NCBI GenBank assembly: GCA_023267655.1
Contig: JAHFMV010000003.1
Coordinates: 16,522-80,521, forward strand
DNA from: Candidatus Kaiserbacteria bacterium
GTDB lineage: Bacteria > Patescibacteriota > Minisyncoccia > Phycocordibacterales > UBA2100
DNA: 64,000 nucleotides
Reading direction: 5' to 3'
The notes under the pieces: model-generated
The model's input: only the letters and a program-made list of their open reading frames with translations
The model's database searches: none
Told to the model about the DNA's origin: nothing
Made by a program: the position numbers and the translations under genes
Shown: one piece after another, positions 26,570 through 35,781 of the stretch
Layout of the letters: the number at the start of each line of letters is the position of its first letter
Position numbering within the stretch: position 1 is the stretch's first letter

Positions 26570-26675
26570 AAGGCAAAAAATGCTTCACGAGGGTCTTCGC
26601 AGCGGCGTCGGGCGCGAGACCGAGCGCTGGCGCAGCAGCGCCAGATAGCGACCCGAGGGAAGCATTTTTTGCCTT
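26570..26675 (+). other. long hairpin: 17-bp perfect inverted repeat aaggcaaaaaatgcttc / gaagcattttttgcctt enclosing a 72-nt GC-rich interior
   Basis: Shares the AAAAATGCTTC...GAAGCATTTTT closing stem and the GCGCAGCAG / CAGATAG words with the ~110-nt 3' element family; lies 34 nt after the cca stop. Confidence 0.5.
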
Positions 26676-26703
26676 TTGCCACAAACATACAAAGCAAAAG
26701 CCG

Positions 26704-26728
26704 CCCGGTTGTACCGGGTCTTTCTATT
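26704..26728 (+). terminator. intrinsic terminator-like hairpin (cccggt-tgt-accggg then tctttctatt)
   Basis: Read directly from sequence. Confidence 0.45.
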
Positions 26729-27077
26729 CCGGTACCGCTGAGCGGCTAACTTGTCCTGTTCTCGAAATAAGGTCATCTGGTTTATCTACAGTACGTTTTC
26801 CATTTTTGAGACAAAGGGTCTCTATATAAAGGGTGTACTTGTATAAACCGAATCTCCTCAAAAGATCACGGATACAGGATATCTGTCTAGTATGTAATAC
26901 CTGACAGTGGCTTCGTAAAACCTCGGAGAAAGGTTTCCCTTTCTTCCTCTTGTGTTTTAGAGGGGCCAAATATAGGAAGAAATAAATCTTCCCTGCAGAT
27001 AAGAATACTTTGCTATCGGACATTGTAAAGGACATGCTGTGGATAACTTCATGCGCCGATCATGTCCTTTAAAAAAG

Positions 27078-27878
27078 CTAGACTTTGAGCTCTATACTGA
27101 CGGGGCAGTGGTCGGAGCCGAAAATGTCAGGATGAATTTTTGCCGCCGTAATTTTAGGAACGAGTGATTTGCTCACAAAATAGTAGTCGATTCTCCAGCC
27201 AACATTACGTGCGCGAGCATTTCCAAAGACGCTCCACCACGTATAGAACCCTTTGCCTTTTGTGAACTTTCTAAAAATATCAACAAAGCCTGCATCAATG
27301 ATCTGGTCGATTCCCTCACGCTCCTCCTTGGTATACCCATGACCGCCCTCATTGGCTTTCGGGTTGGTGAGATCGTCCGGCGTATGCGCGACATTAAGAT
27401 CTCCGCAGAAAATGACCGGCTTTGTCTTCTCAAGGCGCTTCATAAAAGCAAGAAATGCTGGATCCCATTGCTTGTGACGGAGGCCAAGGCGACTTAGGTC
27501 GGGTTTGGCGTTGGGAGTGTAGGAGTTAACGACAAAAAAGTCCTTAAATTCAGCCGTAATAACCCGTCCTTCTGCGTTCACATCACCGTAAGAGTCGCCC
27601 TCAAGCTTATATTTCTTCGCAAGGTCATGGGGAATACCTAAGATCACACTTTCGGGCTTTATCTTCGAGAAAATCGCCGTTCCGCTATAACCCTTCTTGC
27701 GAGTCGATGAATTCCAATATTCCTCATATTCGGGAAGGTCGATTTCTGCCTGCCCTTTCTCAGCTTTAGTCTCTTGGAGGCAGATAATGTCCGGTTTCAG
27801 AGCCTTCACGGCAGGAATAAACATATCTTTCCGGACTACCGCCCGAATTCCATTCACGTTCCATGATACGAGTCTCAT
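27078..27878 (-). CDS. xth: exodeoxyribonuclease III (AP endonuclease)
   Basis: MRLVSWNVNGIRA...DIICLQETK and C-terminal catalytic His/Asp motifs of the Xth/ExoIII family. Confidence 0.85.
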   Translation of the reverse strand: MRLVSWNVNGIRAVVRKDMFIPAVKALKPDIICLQETKAEKGQAEIDLPEYEEYWNSSTRKKGYSGTAIFSKIKPESVILGIPHDLAKKYKLEGDSYGDVNAEGRVITAEFKDFFVVNSYTPNAKPDLSRLGLRHKQWDPAFLAFMKRLEKTKPVIFCGDLNVAHTPDDLTNPKANEGGHGYTKEEREGIDQIIDAGFVDIFRKFTKGKGFYTWWSVFGNARARNVGWRIDYYFVSKSLVPKITAAKIHPDIFGSDHCPVSIELKV

Positions 27879-27937
27879 ATGTGCATCATAGCAAATCCTT
27901 CATATCTCCCTCATTTCGCTTTGGTACGCTTACGCGC

Positions 27938-28129
27938 ATGGATAAAGAAATCTTCAACGCATTCGACGCGCCCCACGAACAGGGCACGGGGGAGTGGAAG
28001 ACCTTTAACGCCGTCACGCATGATAAGACGACGCTGCTGCACGCAATAGCGAACTACCGACCGAAACCACGCGTGCCAACAGCCATCCGCTTTGGAGCAT
28101 CTCGTCTCTTCGTTCTGAAACGCGCATAA
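27938..28129 (+). CDS. hypothetical small protein
   Basis: Internal ATG of ORF 27863-28129; no RBS; weak. Confidence 0.2.
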   Translation: MDKEIFNAFDAPHEQGTGEWKTFNAVTHDKTTLLHAIANYRPKPRVPTAIRFGASRLFVLKRA

Positions 28130-28133
28130 AATT

Positions 28134-28159
28134 TTCGGCCAGACGTCTGTCTGGCCGAA
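28134..28159. other. 11-bp perfect hairpin ttcggccagac-gtct-gtctggccgaa between convergent genes
   Basis: Read directly; weak flanking U-tracts. Confidence 0.4.
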
Positions 28160-28163
28160 TTGG

Positions 28164-28802
28164 TCACGACGTACCACGGCCTAGGATTATTCTTAGGCGT
28201 TTTTCTTTTCCAGAAAGGATTCGGCTAACGACGCTAGCAATCTTGGCAGGTTTCATGCCATCCACAGCGGCATGGCGAGCGCGCTTGTCAGCAGATTTAA
28301 GGAATGCCTTCTGCATTGCCGATCCTTCGACAAACGGCAGGTCAATGAAGTACGAATTGATAATTGTATGCGCGTTCAGAAAGCGAACCAAGCTCCATAG
28401 AGCCCCATTCCCGACGGTAAATGCCGCAAAACCTGGATCGGAGGACGTCTCCCGACCACCAAGCATGATGACGTACGATCTTTTCTTCAATCGAGCAAGC
28501 TGGTTGCAGACAATAAGGGATCCTACAGATTTTGCATTGACGTGCGCTGCAATTTTCTCGAGATTGCGCATCTTGCCAACGGCTTTTGGCGTCATAAATA
28601 CTCCAGCCGCGAAAATTACGACGTCGGGTCGCACATCTCGCATGAGTGCTCGAACAGAAGGGGGCGAAGTGATGTCACACCTCGCCCCCAGACGACCACT
28701 ACGACTCGCGTAGGTAACGGAATGACCCTCGGCACGTAAGAGCTCGCCAACCATATAACCAATGCTCGCTTTCGTTGACGCACCGAGGATCAGGATTTTC
28801 AT
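28164..28802 (-). CDS. short-chain dehydrogenase/reductase-like NAD(P)-binding protein
   Basis: Rossmann N-terminus MKILILGASTKASIGY; start could also be 28844. Confidence 0.5.
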   Translation of the reverse strand: MKILILGASTKASIGYMVGELLRAEGHSVTYASRSGRLGARCDITSPPSVRALMRDVRPDVVIFAAGVFMTPKAVGKMRNLEKIAAHVNAKSVGSLIVCNQLARLKKRSYVIMLGGRETSSDPGFAAFTVGNGALWSLVRFLNAHTIINSYFIDLPFVEGSAMQKAFLKSADKRARHAAVDGMKPAKIASVVSRILSGKEKRLRIILGRGTS

Positions 28803-28806
28803 AGGT

Positions 28807-29430
28807 TTACTCCGCTTTTTGAAGGACGATGACCGTAGTCTCACGCAGCCACTCTACTGTACTTTCGCTCTGAAATACAAGCTTTCGCGCTGGAATATCG
28901 GATGCAGCCAGCTGCTGCAACAATTCGTCAGGATCAACGCGATGTTGCCATGAGCGCAATTCTTTAGTGCCCTTGATGGATGGCTCATGCATGATGTGCA
29001 TTGCAACACCACCGACCCCGAGCGCGTCATACGAGTTCTTTATCACCTCGATTTGTTCCTCTTTCGTCAAGAATTTCATCAATTCGTGACTGAATACGAC
29101 CGCATATGGCGCATGAGGGAAAGCTTTGGTGACATCGTGCTCGACGACATCGGTCCCGTTCCCAAGATGCTCTGTATCCACATCAAGCGTGCTCAACTTA
29201 ACCTTTTTCCCAAGCACGTCAGAAAAGACTCTAGCGTGAATGGCTATATAGCGCTTGTCGGATGCGCCCAAGACGACCACCTTGATCGGCTCTGAAAGCG
29301 CGGTCACTGGCGCGGCATTGAGAACATGCTGAACGATGGAATGTTTTGTGATTTCCATGTTCGACACCCATTCGTCAGGCTGGCTCGCGTACTCGACGTA
29401 GTGCTTTCCCAGTACTTGTTTCTCGATCAT
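28807..29430 (-). CDS. hypothetical protein (possible Rossmann-like fold)
   Basis: ORF only; VVVLGASDKRY is weakly Rossmann-like. Confidence 0.35.
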   Translation of the reverse strand: MIEKQVLGKHYVEYASQPDEWVSNMEITKHSIVQHVLNAAPVTALSEPIKVVVLGASDKRYIAIHARVFSDVLGKKVKLSTLDVDTEHLGNGTDVVEHDVTKAFPHAPYAVVFSHELMKFLTKEEQIEVIKNSYDALGVGGVAMHIMHEPSIKGTKELRSWQHRVDPDELLQQLAASDIPARKLVFQSESTVEWLRETTVIVLQKAE

Positions 29431-29525
29431 AGACTTTCTCCTTTGCTAATAATTCCTCGATGAGGTCGCGACGGAATGTCACGAACTCAATAGAGGGGAG
29501 AAACTCTTCTCCCCACCGACGATGG

Positions 29526-29819
29526 CTACAATCCGCGCAATGTGCCAAATCCACGCGGGTCATACTGGATGTACACATACCAACCGTTCCAAGTGCCCTC
29601 GATTCGCCACCGCTGCGAGCGAGTTTTGACATCCTTAATGTAGACCACGTAGACCTGTATTTCCGCCTCCTCGAGATCTTCTGATCTCTCTTTGACCGGA
29701 ATTTGAGTTTGTCGCCTCTCCAAGTTTTTGACAGTACTTCTTTCGAGGGACCCGAGACGATATGTTTCTGGACGTAGGTCATGGCGTTTGTCCTCATTGT
29801 CGGACTTTTCTGGACGCAT
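29526..29819 (-). CDS. hypothetical protein (97 aa)
   Basis: ORF only; competes with overlapping ORF 29375-29797. Confidence 0.25.
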   Translation of the reverse strand: MRPEKSDNEDKRHDLRPETYRLGSLERSTVKNLERRQTQIPVKERSEDLEEAEIQVYVVYIKDVKTRSQRWRIEGTWNGWYVYIQYDPRGFGTLRGL

Positions 29820-29900
29820 TTTTATCCTATATTACGGCTTGAATCAAGCTTTTTTCTATATCTTGTTGACTAATTCCGACAACAGATATAAACTGCATAA

Positions 29901-30665
29901 ATGCCCGCAAGCCTGATCACAAGTCTCCGAGGGATCGGTCTTAACCTCAATGAATCTGTAGTCTTGGGAACGCTCCTCAAGGGAGGCCCAATGTACGCAT
30001 CTCGTGTTGGAAAGGAGGCGCATCTCAACAGGACCACCATCTACGGCGTTTTGCATGAACTTATCGAGAAAGGCCTTGTCTCGAAGGTGAAAGCGCGGAG
30101 TGCGACACAATTTCAGGCTATTTCGCCGGAACTTTTGCCGGATTACATTGCCAAACGCCGCCAAGATCTCGTGGAAAAGGAGAAAGAACTTCGGGATGCT
30201 ATCCCCCAACTTCTCCTTTTGCGCTCGAAGGGAAGTATTTTACCGAAAGTACAGTTTTTTGAAGGAGAGGAGGGAGTAAAACAAGCGTACGAAGACACAC
30301 TAGAGAATAATAAAGGGCAGTACCTACGCGACATTACCGGCGTTGATGCTGTATTTAAACGATTAGGAGAAAAGTGGGTGCATTACTATCTCGAAAAGCG
30401 TGCAGATTTTGGTATTCGCTGTACAGATCTTGCGCCAGAGAGCGAGTGGGCACGAAAGAGCAAAGAAGACGACCAGAAATATCTGCGCCAAACGAAATTT
30501 TTGCCGGAGAAATACGGATTTGATGCGGAAATTAGCATCTATGACAATAAAGTTGGTTTTTTCTCGTACGCGAAGGAAAATCCGATTGCTGTTTTGATCG
30601 AAGATGAGACTATCGCTGATGCGATGAAAAAACTGTTTGATTACATGGAGCAATCGGCAAAATGA
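29901..30665 (+). CDS. TrmB-family transcriptional regulator
   Basis: N-terminal winged HTH LGL...E..VLGTLLKGGPMYASRVGKEAHLNRTTIYGVLHELIEKGLV plus C-terminal TrmB-like domain. Confidence 0.6.
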   Translation: MPASLITSLRGIGLNLNESVVLGTLLKGGPMYASRVGKEAHLNRTTIYGVLHELIEKGLVSKVKARSATQFQAISPELLPDYIAKRRQDLVEKEKELRDAIPQLLLLRSKGSILPKVQFFEGEEGVKQAYEDTLENNKGQYLRDITGVDAVFKRLGEKWVHYYLEKRADFGIRCTDLAPESEWARKSKEDDQKYLRQTKFLPEKYGFDAEISIYDNKVGFFSYAKENPIAVLIEDETIADAMKKLFDYMEQSAK

Positions 30666-30709
30666 GATGCTCCTTATGTCTCACGGTCGTAGATAGTAAG
30701 GAACACGTC

Positions 30710-31618
30710 TTACCGACGGCGTTTGCCGTGGAATGTTTTGTGTACCTCTCTCAAATGTTTATCGGTGACATGGGTGTAGACCTGCGTGGTGGCAATGTTG
30801 GCGTGGCCTAAGAGGGCTTGGACTGAACGAAGGTCGGCGCCGTTTTCCAATAAGTCGGTCGCAAAACTGTGTCGGATGACGTGGGGGGTGACTTTGCGCG
30901 TGATGCCGGCTTTGACTGCGTGCTGTTTGACGATGCGCTCGATGGAACGAGAGGTGAGGCGGGCGGAGTCTTGGCCGATGCCGTACCCAACAAAGAGTGC
31001 TTCGCCCATATCGCCACGCTTCTTGATGTACTCGGCGACAGCTCTTTTTGCGCCCGGCGAGAGGAAAACCACACGCACTTTGTCGCCCTTGCCGCGGACG
31101 GAGAATTCGTCGCGAGTAAGATCGAGGTCGGAATTTAACGAGCATAATTCGGAGACACGGAGCCCCGTGGAGAAGAGAAGCTCGAGAATCGCGCGATCGC
31201 GCAGTTCGTTCAAGGAATTTCCGGCTGGACTTTTCATTAATCGATTCAATTCGTCAGCAGTGATGAGATCGAGATCACGACCGCCGACTTTTGCGAGCTC
31301 GATTTTCTCCGGTGAGAGCGATTCGATTTCGTTTTTGCGCAGGTATTTGAGGAATGCCCGCAGCGCAATCATGTAGTAATTCTGCGTCTTCTTTTTCATG
31401 TCGCCGCTCGTTCCCGGCTGGCGATTCAACCAGATGCGGAATTCGCGAACCATCCGCTCATCAAGCTTCGACGGGGAAGTGACTTTTGTCTGCGTAAGAA
31501 AACGGGAAAGGTAGCGGTCGTAATTCTCCATCGTCTTCACCGAGCGGCCTTTTTCGATCTCAAGGTATTCGAGAAACTGCGTTTTGAGATCTTTCAAATC
31601 TGATACCATGTCGCACAA
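30710..31618 (-). CDS. xerC: tyrosine site-specific recombinase (XerC/XerD family)
   Basis: C-terminal catalytic region HVIRHSFATDLLENGADLRSVQALLGHANIATTQVYTHV with R-H-R-Y residues. Confidence 0.8.
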   Translation of the reverse strand: MCDMVSDLKDLKTQFLEYLEIEKGRSVKTMENYDRYLSRFLTQTKVTSPSKLDERMVREFRIWLNRQPGTSGDMKKKTQNYYMIALRAFLKYLRKNEIESLSPEKIELAKVGGRDLDLITADELNRLMKSPAGNSLNELRDRAILELLFSTGLRVSELCSLNSDLDLTRDEFSVRGKGDKVRVVFLSPGAKRAVAEYIKKRGDMGEALFVGYGIGQDSARLTSRSIERIVKQHAVKAGITRKVTPHVIRHSFATDLLENGADLRSVQALLGHANIATTQVYTHVTDKHLREVHKTFHGKRRR

Positions 31619-31630
31619 TATTATAGCAGC

Positions 31631-32767
31631 TTATTTTAAATAGCGTTTCTTCCTCAACTGCTCCGGCAAATACGATTCTTTGTCATACGCTTCGTAGCCT
31701 TTGCCGTATTTCAAATCTTTCATCAATTTTGTCGGCGCGTTGCGGATTTTGAGGGGAATGGGGAGGTTGCCGAATTTTTTCACGTCGTCGAGCGCTTCGA
31801 AAATGGCATCGTAGGCGCGGCGGTCTTTTTTACACGTTGCAAGATACGCGACGCCGTGCGCGAGGCTGATCGTTGCTTCGGGGTAGCCGATCGAGCGCAC
31901 GGCTTCGAAAACCGCATTGGCGACGACGAGCGCCGTCGGCTGTGCGAGACCGATGTCTTCCGATGCAAAAATCACCATGCGCCTCGCGATGAATTTCGGA
32001 TCTTCCCCTGCGTCCACCATGCGCGCGAGGTAGTAGATGGCGGCATCCGGCTGCGATGCGCGCATGGATTTAATAAATGCGGAGATGGTGTTGAAGTGCT
32101 CTTCGCCTTTTTTGTCGTAGCGGAGATGGCGCGATTGAATCGCCTCTTTCAACGACTCGAGAGAAATCTTTCCGTACAGCTTATTTGCAGTTTCAAGGAC
32201 GGTGATTGCCTGTCGTGCGTCACCGCTTGCCATTTGTACCAACCAATCACGCGCGTCTTTTGGAATTTTAAATTTTGTGCGCGCGATTATTTTCTCCATT
32301 TCCTTTTCCGAATGTTCGTTGAGAACGAAGACGCGGCAGCGAGAGAGGAGGGGCGCGATTATTTCAAACGAGGGATTTTCCGTCGTTGCGCCGATGAGCG
32401 TGATATCGCCGCGCTCGACAAAAGGGAGCAGATAATCTTGCTGCGCTTTGTTAAAACGATGGATTTCATCGACGAATAGGATTTTTGGCTTTTGTTTTAA
32501 GAGCGTGCCGCGTACGCCGATTACTTTGCGAATATCGTCTTTGCCCGCCTCGACGGCCGAGAGCTCGTAAAAGTCAGCTCCGACGGCGTTTGCGTAAATT
32601 CGCGCGAGCGTCGTCTTTCCGGAGCCCGGTGGCCCCCACAAAATGAAGCTGAACAGCTCTTTCTTTTCGATGGCGACGCGAAGCGGCTTCCCGGCACCTG
32701 TCAGATGCTCTTGCCCCACGAATTCATGAAGATTTTGTGGCCTGATCTGTGATGCAAGGGGCTCCAT
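31631..32767 (-). CDS. rarA: replication-associated recombination protein A (AAA+ ATPase)
   Basis: LFSFILWGPPGSGKTTLARIYA Walker A and MgsA C-terminal domain. Start set to MEPLASQ (ATG at 32765-32767); the ORF-track 5' extension is Cys-rich junk. Confidence 0.85.
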   Translation of the reverse strand: MEPLASQIRPQNLHEFVGQEHLTGAGKPLRVAIEKKELFSFILWGPPGSGKTTLARIYANAVGADFYELSAVEAGKDDIRKVIGVRGTLLKQKPKILFVDEIHRFNKAQQDYLLPFVERGDITLIGATTENPSFEIIAPLLSRCRVFVLNEHSEKEMEKIIARTKFKIPKDARDWLVQMASGDARQAITVLETANKLYGKISLESLKEAIQSRHLRYDKKGEEHFNTISAFIKSMRASQPDAAIYYLARMVDAGEDPKFIARRMVIFASEDIGLAQPTALVVANAVFEAVRSIGYPEATISLAHGVAYLATCKKDRRAYDAIFEALDDVKKFGNLPIPLKIRNAPTKLMKDLKYGKGYEAYDKESYLPEQLRKKRYLK

Positions 32768-32848
32768 ACAGTTAGGTATTCTTGGAGTGTACTCTTGTCC
32801 ACCATTTGTACCAGTTGCACAAAAATTATGAGGGAGTATCCTTGCACG

Positions 32849-33367
32849 ATGACAGGAAAAATTATTACACTTATTGCAGTCGTTATTATTCTTATTGGTG
32901 GAGGGACTTACTATTTCATGCATAAACAACCAGCAGCTCCTGCGCCAGATGCGGCGCAGCAAGCAGCAGCGACGCCGCAAGTCGCGGGGCAAGATGTCAC
33001 GATCGGAACCGGTGCAACAGCTGCACCAAATTCGAATGTTGAGGTCTTGTACGTCGGTATGCTCCAAGATGGCACAGTCTTTGATTCATCGGCAAACAAC
33101 GGCAACAAACCGCTTCCGTTTACCCTCGGCCAGCCGGGTATCATTCCGGGCTTCCAGATCGGTGTAAACGGCATGAAAGTAGGCGGTGAGCGCCGTGTCT
33201 CAATTCCGCCAGAACTCGGCTATGGCAACCAGGATGTGAAAGATGCGACCGGAAAAGTCATCATTCCCGCCAATTCAACCCTCGTTTTCGACATTAAATT
33301 GATCAAAGTGACGGCCGGAGCTGCGCCTGCAGTGGCTCCCGCACCAGCTCCAGCGAAGCCGAAATAG
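32849..33367 (+). CDS. FKBP-type peptidyl-prolyl cis-trans isomerase, membrane-anchored
   Basis: VLYVGMLQDGTVFDSS...PLPFTLGQ..IPGFQIGVNGMKVGGERRVSIPPELGYG...LVFDIKLIKV. Confidence 0.75.
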   Translation: MTGKIITLIAVVIILIGGGTYYFMHKQPAAPAPDAAQQAAATPQVAGQDVTIGTGATAAPNSNVEVLYVGMLQDGTVFDSSANNGNKPLPFTLGQPGIIPGFQIGVNGMKVGGERRVSIPPELGYGNQDVKDATGKVIIPANSTLVFDIKLIKVTAGAAPAVAPAPAPAKPK

Positions 33368-33404
33368 CCTTGCAATGAAGGCAGGATTGTGATATCCTGT
33401 CTTC

Positions 33405-33671
33405 ATGCTGACGAAGCGAAAGAAGCAAAACGAAATCGGCAAGGTTAAGCGCCACGACACTGATACCGGCTCGCCGGAGGTGCAAGTCGCGCTCTTGACC
33501 CGCCGTATCGAAGAGCTCTCGGCACATTTGGATAAGAATCGTAAGGACAAAAGCTCCCGTCGCGGACTTTTGGGGCTCGTGGCTGATCGCCGCAAGCATT
33601 TGAAATACCTTGAGTCTACCAACAAGCGCTCGTATTCAGCGCTCACGAAGAAGCTCGGATTAAAAAAATAG
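33405..33671 (+). CDS. rpsO: 30S ribosomal protein S15
   Basis: Full-length S15 pattern (KRHDTDTGSPEVQVALLTRRIEELSAHL...RRGLLGLVADRRKHLKYL). Confidence 0.9.
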   Translation: MLTKRKKQNEIGKVKRHDTDTGSPEVQVALLTRRIEELSAHLDKNRKDKSSRRGLLGLVADRRKHLKYLESTNKRSYSALTKKLGLKK

Positions 33672-33800
33672 CGACTAGTGATTAGCCACTAGGAAATGCG
33701 GGCTCTCCAAATCGTCAGCTATAATCTGCATAGAGCAGATTTTTAGAAGCATTATCAGTTTTTATATTGAATTCACTAGTGGCTAATCGCTAGTGGCTAA
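33670..33800. repeat. inverted pair of family-A repeats (agcgactagtgattagccactagg 33670-33693; cactagtggctaatcgctagtggctaa 33774-33800) with an 80-bp AT-rich spacer, ending 6 nt before the ATG at 33807
   Basis: Read directly from sequence. Confidence 0.7.
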
Positions 33801-33806
33801 CAAACT

Positions 33807-34406
33807 ATGAGCATTATCAAACATCCGGAACAACGTGTTGGGGTCTTTATTGATACTCAAAACGTCTACCATAGTGCGAAAAACATCTATCACGCACGCG
33901 CCAATTTCGGCAACATCCTCAAGGATTCTGTCGCCGGTCGTCGCCTCATCCGCGCGCGCGCCTATTCCGTTACGACGGAAACAGGTGAAGAAAAGGGGTT
34001 TTTTGAAGCCTTGGCCAAAATCGGCATCGAAATGCGCCTCAAAGACCTCCAGGTCTTCTACGGTGGCGCCAAGAAGGCTGATTGGGACGTCGGATTGGCA
34101 GTTGATGCCATTACCGCCGCTCCGAAGCTCGATACCGTCATCCTTGTCACCGGCGACGGCGATTTCGTCCCGCTCGTCCAATACCTCCAGACCCATGGCG
34201 GCTGTCAGGTAGAAGTCGTCTCCTTTGGCCGCTCAACTTCGGGAAAACTCAAAGAAGCAGCCGACGATTTCCTCGATCTCGACGCCGACCCTCGCCGCTA
34301 CATCATGGGCTTTCGCGGCGGCTCCCGCCGCCCAAGCTCTCGCGGAGCACAAAACGCACCGTCCGAAATGTCGGACGAGATGGAAAAAGAGATGGGAGTG
34401 GAATAG
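33807..34406 (+). CDS. NYN-domain (LabA-like) putative ribonuclease
   Basis: VFIDTQNVYHS...WDVGLAVDAI...DTVILVTGDGDFVPLV matches the NYN/LabA pattern. Confidence 0.65.
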   Translation: MSIIKHPEQRVGVFIDTQNVYHSAKNIYHARANFGNILKDSVAGRRLIRARAYSVTTETGEEKGFFEALAKIGIEMRLKDLQVFYGGAKKADWDVGLAVDAITAAPKLDTVILVTGDGDFVPLVQYLQTHGGCQVEVVSFGRSTSGKLKEAADDFLDLDADPRRYIMGFRGGSRRPSSRGAQNAPSEMSDEMEKEMGVE

Positions 34407-34428
34407 AACAAGCTGCTTGTCGAAGCTG

Positions 34429-34803
34429 CTACAAAGCTATTTTGGTCGCCTTGTAGTATTCACGGAGCGAACTGAACTTACCACCTTTTATCTGGAGGAT
34501 CGCCACTTCTGTCATCTGAATCCTCGAGTTGCTCTTTGTGTCTGTAAACTCCGCATCCCATTCTGCAATCACAGTATCTCCGTCAGCCCAAACATGTAGA
34601 AGCTTAAAGTGAATGCTGCTCTGTTCGCCCTGCACTTTGCTTACCCAATATTTCCGAATGCCCTCGTGTCCGAAGTTTTCAGGCTCTTCCGGATCTTTGT
34701 AGGAGGCATCTTCTGAAAAAAGAGTGAGTATAAGATCAGGGTCCTGTTTCTCCCATGCTTTGCCGTAGATGCGCAATAGCCGCGTTGCTTCTTTCTTTGT
34801 CAT
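34429..34803 (-). CDS. SnoaL-like / NTF2-like fold protein
   Basis: Size and pattern (LFSEDASYKDPEEP...WDAEFTD) resemble the SnoaL_2/DUF4440 family; low certainty. Confidence 0.4.
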   Translation of the reverse strand: MTKKEATRLLRIYGKAWEKQDPDLILTLFSEDASYKDPEEPENFGHEGIRKYWVSKVQGEQSSIHFKLLHVWADGDTVIAEWDAEFTDTKSNSRIQMTEVAILQIKGGKFSSLREYYKATKIAL

Positions 34804-35186
34804 ACGTCAAGGGAAGGCTTCTTGCAATTCTCATCGTTGCAACGACATTCAAAACCAATCATACACTTAACATCTGTATAGTCACCGGTAAGCTCTTCTC
34901 CCGTTTTAATGTCTCTGACAGCATAACCGGTCCCATCATGCGCAGTTTTGATATTTGGATTGCAGGAATGGTTGATGTATCGCTCTGGTTCCGAAATCAA
35001 TAAATATCTGCCGTTAAAAATACAGACATAAATCTTTAGGTGATCTGGGAGCGCTTCAGCTTCTTCTTTAGATAGATACGTTCTGTTTTCGTCTGCTTCA
35101 AGCACCGCGTCTCCCTTTTTGAAATCACGCGCCGCAAAAATACCCCGCCCCTCAATGGCTGACCCTTTTACGATAATACTTTGCAT
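34800..35186 (-). CDS. SET-domain protein (putative lysine methyltransferase), 128 aa
   Basis: GRGIFAARDFKKGDAV...NHSCNPN...GEELTGDY motifs; internal ATG at 35184-35186 preferred. Confidence 0.6.
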   Translation of the reverse strand: MQSIIVKGSAIEGRGIFAARDFKKGDAVLEADENRTYLSKEEAEALPDHLKIYVCIFNGRYLLISEPERYINHSCNPNIKTAHDGTGYAVRDIKTGEELTGDYTDVKCMIGFECRCNDENCKKPSLDV

Positions 35187-35312
35187 AACTATATTTTGTG
35201 TTTGACTTAGATGATAAATGACAGAGATACAGAACGCTTCCTCGATGAAGCCGCGAACGAATCGTGACTTCAAAAGAGGAGAGAACGTACGATTCTCTCC
35301 AACAGGCGGCGG

Positions 35313-35651
35313 TTACCCGGCGTCTGTTTTGCTTCGCAAAAGGCTCTCAACAACCTCGTAGAGATGTTGAGCGGTAATGCACGTACCGATATGGCCTTTC
35401 GCGAAGCGCGTAGCACAACCACCCTCTGCAACCTTGGCGTGTCGCACTGCTTCGTCTACTTCTCCGAGATCGAGACCTAAGAGCTGAAGTTCACGAATAA
35501 TCCCGTGAATCTCCGCCGTATTTGGACCCCGACAAGAGAACTGATTGCCTCGATTGTCCGTATATGGCGGACCGATGCAATCCAAGCAACCATGCTCGAA
35601 CGAACCAGTAAACGACAACGCCTTGCGCAGATTGGTAAGGTCATACGTCAT
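35313..35651 (-). CDS. hypothetical Cys-containing protein
   Basis: ORF only (HGCLDCIGPPY...C). Confidence 0.3.
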   Translation of the reverse strand: MTYDLTNLRKALSFTGSFEHGCLDCIGPPYTDNRGNQFSCRGPNTAEIHGIIRELQLLGLDLGEVDEAVRHAKVAEGGCATRFAKGHIGTCITAQHLYEVVESLLRSKTDAG

Positions 35652-35781
35652 GGCACACCTCCTTTGGGTTTGCCGGTTGAACTTTCTGGGGAGATTGTGC
35701 CACAATAACGGAATATAGTCAATTTTTATTGGTGGTATTTTATTGGTTGATTTTGCTTTATTTACTTGCTATATTTAGCAA

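Noticed and set aside
26537-27077. Candidate RNase P RNA, tmRNA, SRP RNA or 6S RNA in the long gene-free stretch after cca
   Set aside because: I could not find the conserved RNase P (GGAAAGUCCGG..., AGGGUGAAA), tmRNA (tRNA-like ends, tag ORF) or SRP domain IV motifs by eye; reported only as a hairpin element.
29375-29797. 140-aa minus-strand ORF
   Set aside because: Overlaps both the 28807-29430 gene start and the 29526-29819 ORF; basic low-complexity translation. Kept only the 97-aa alternative at low confidence.
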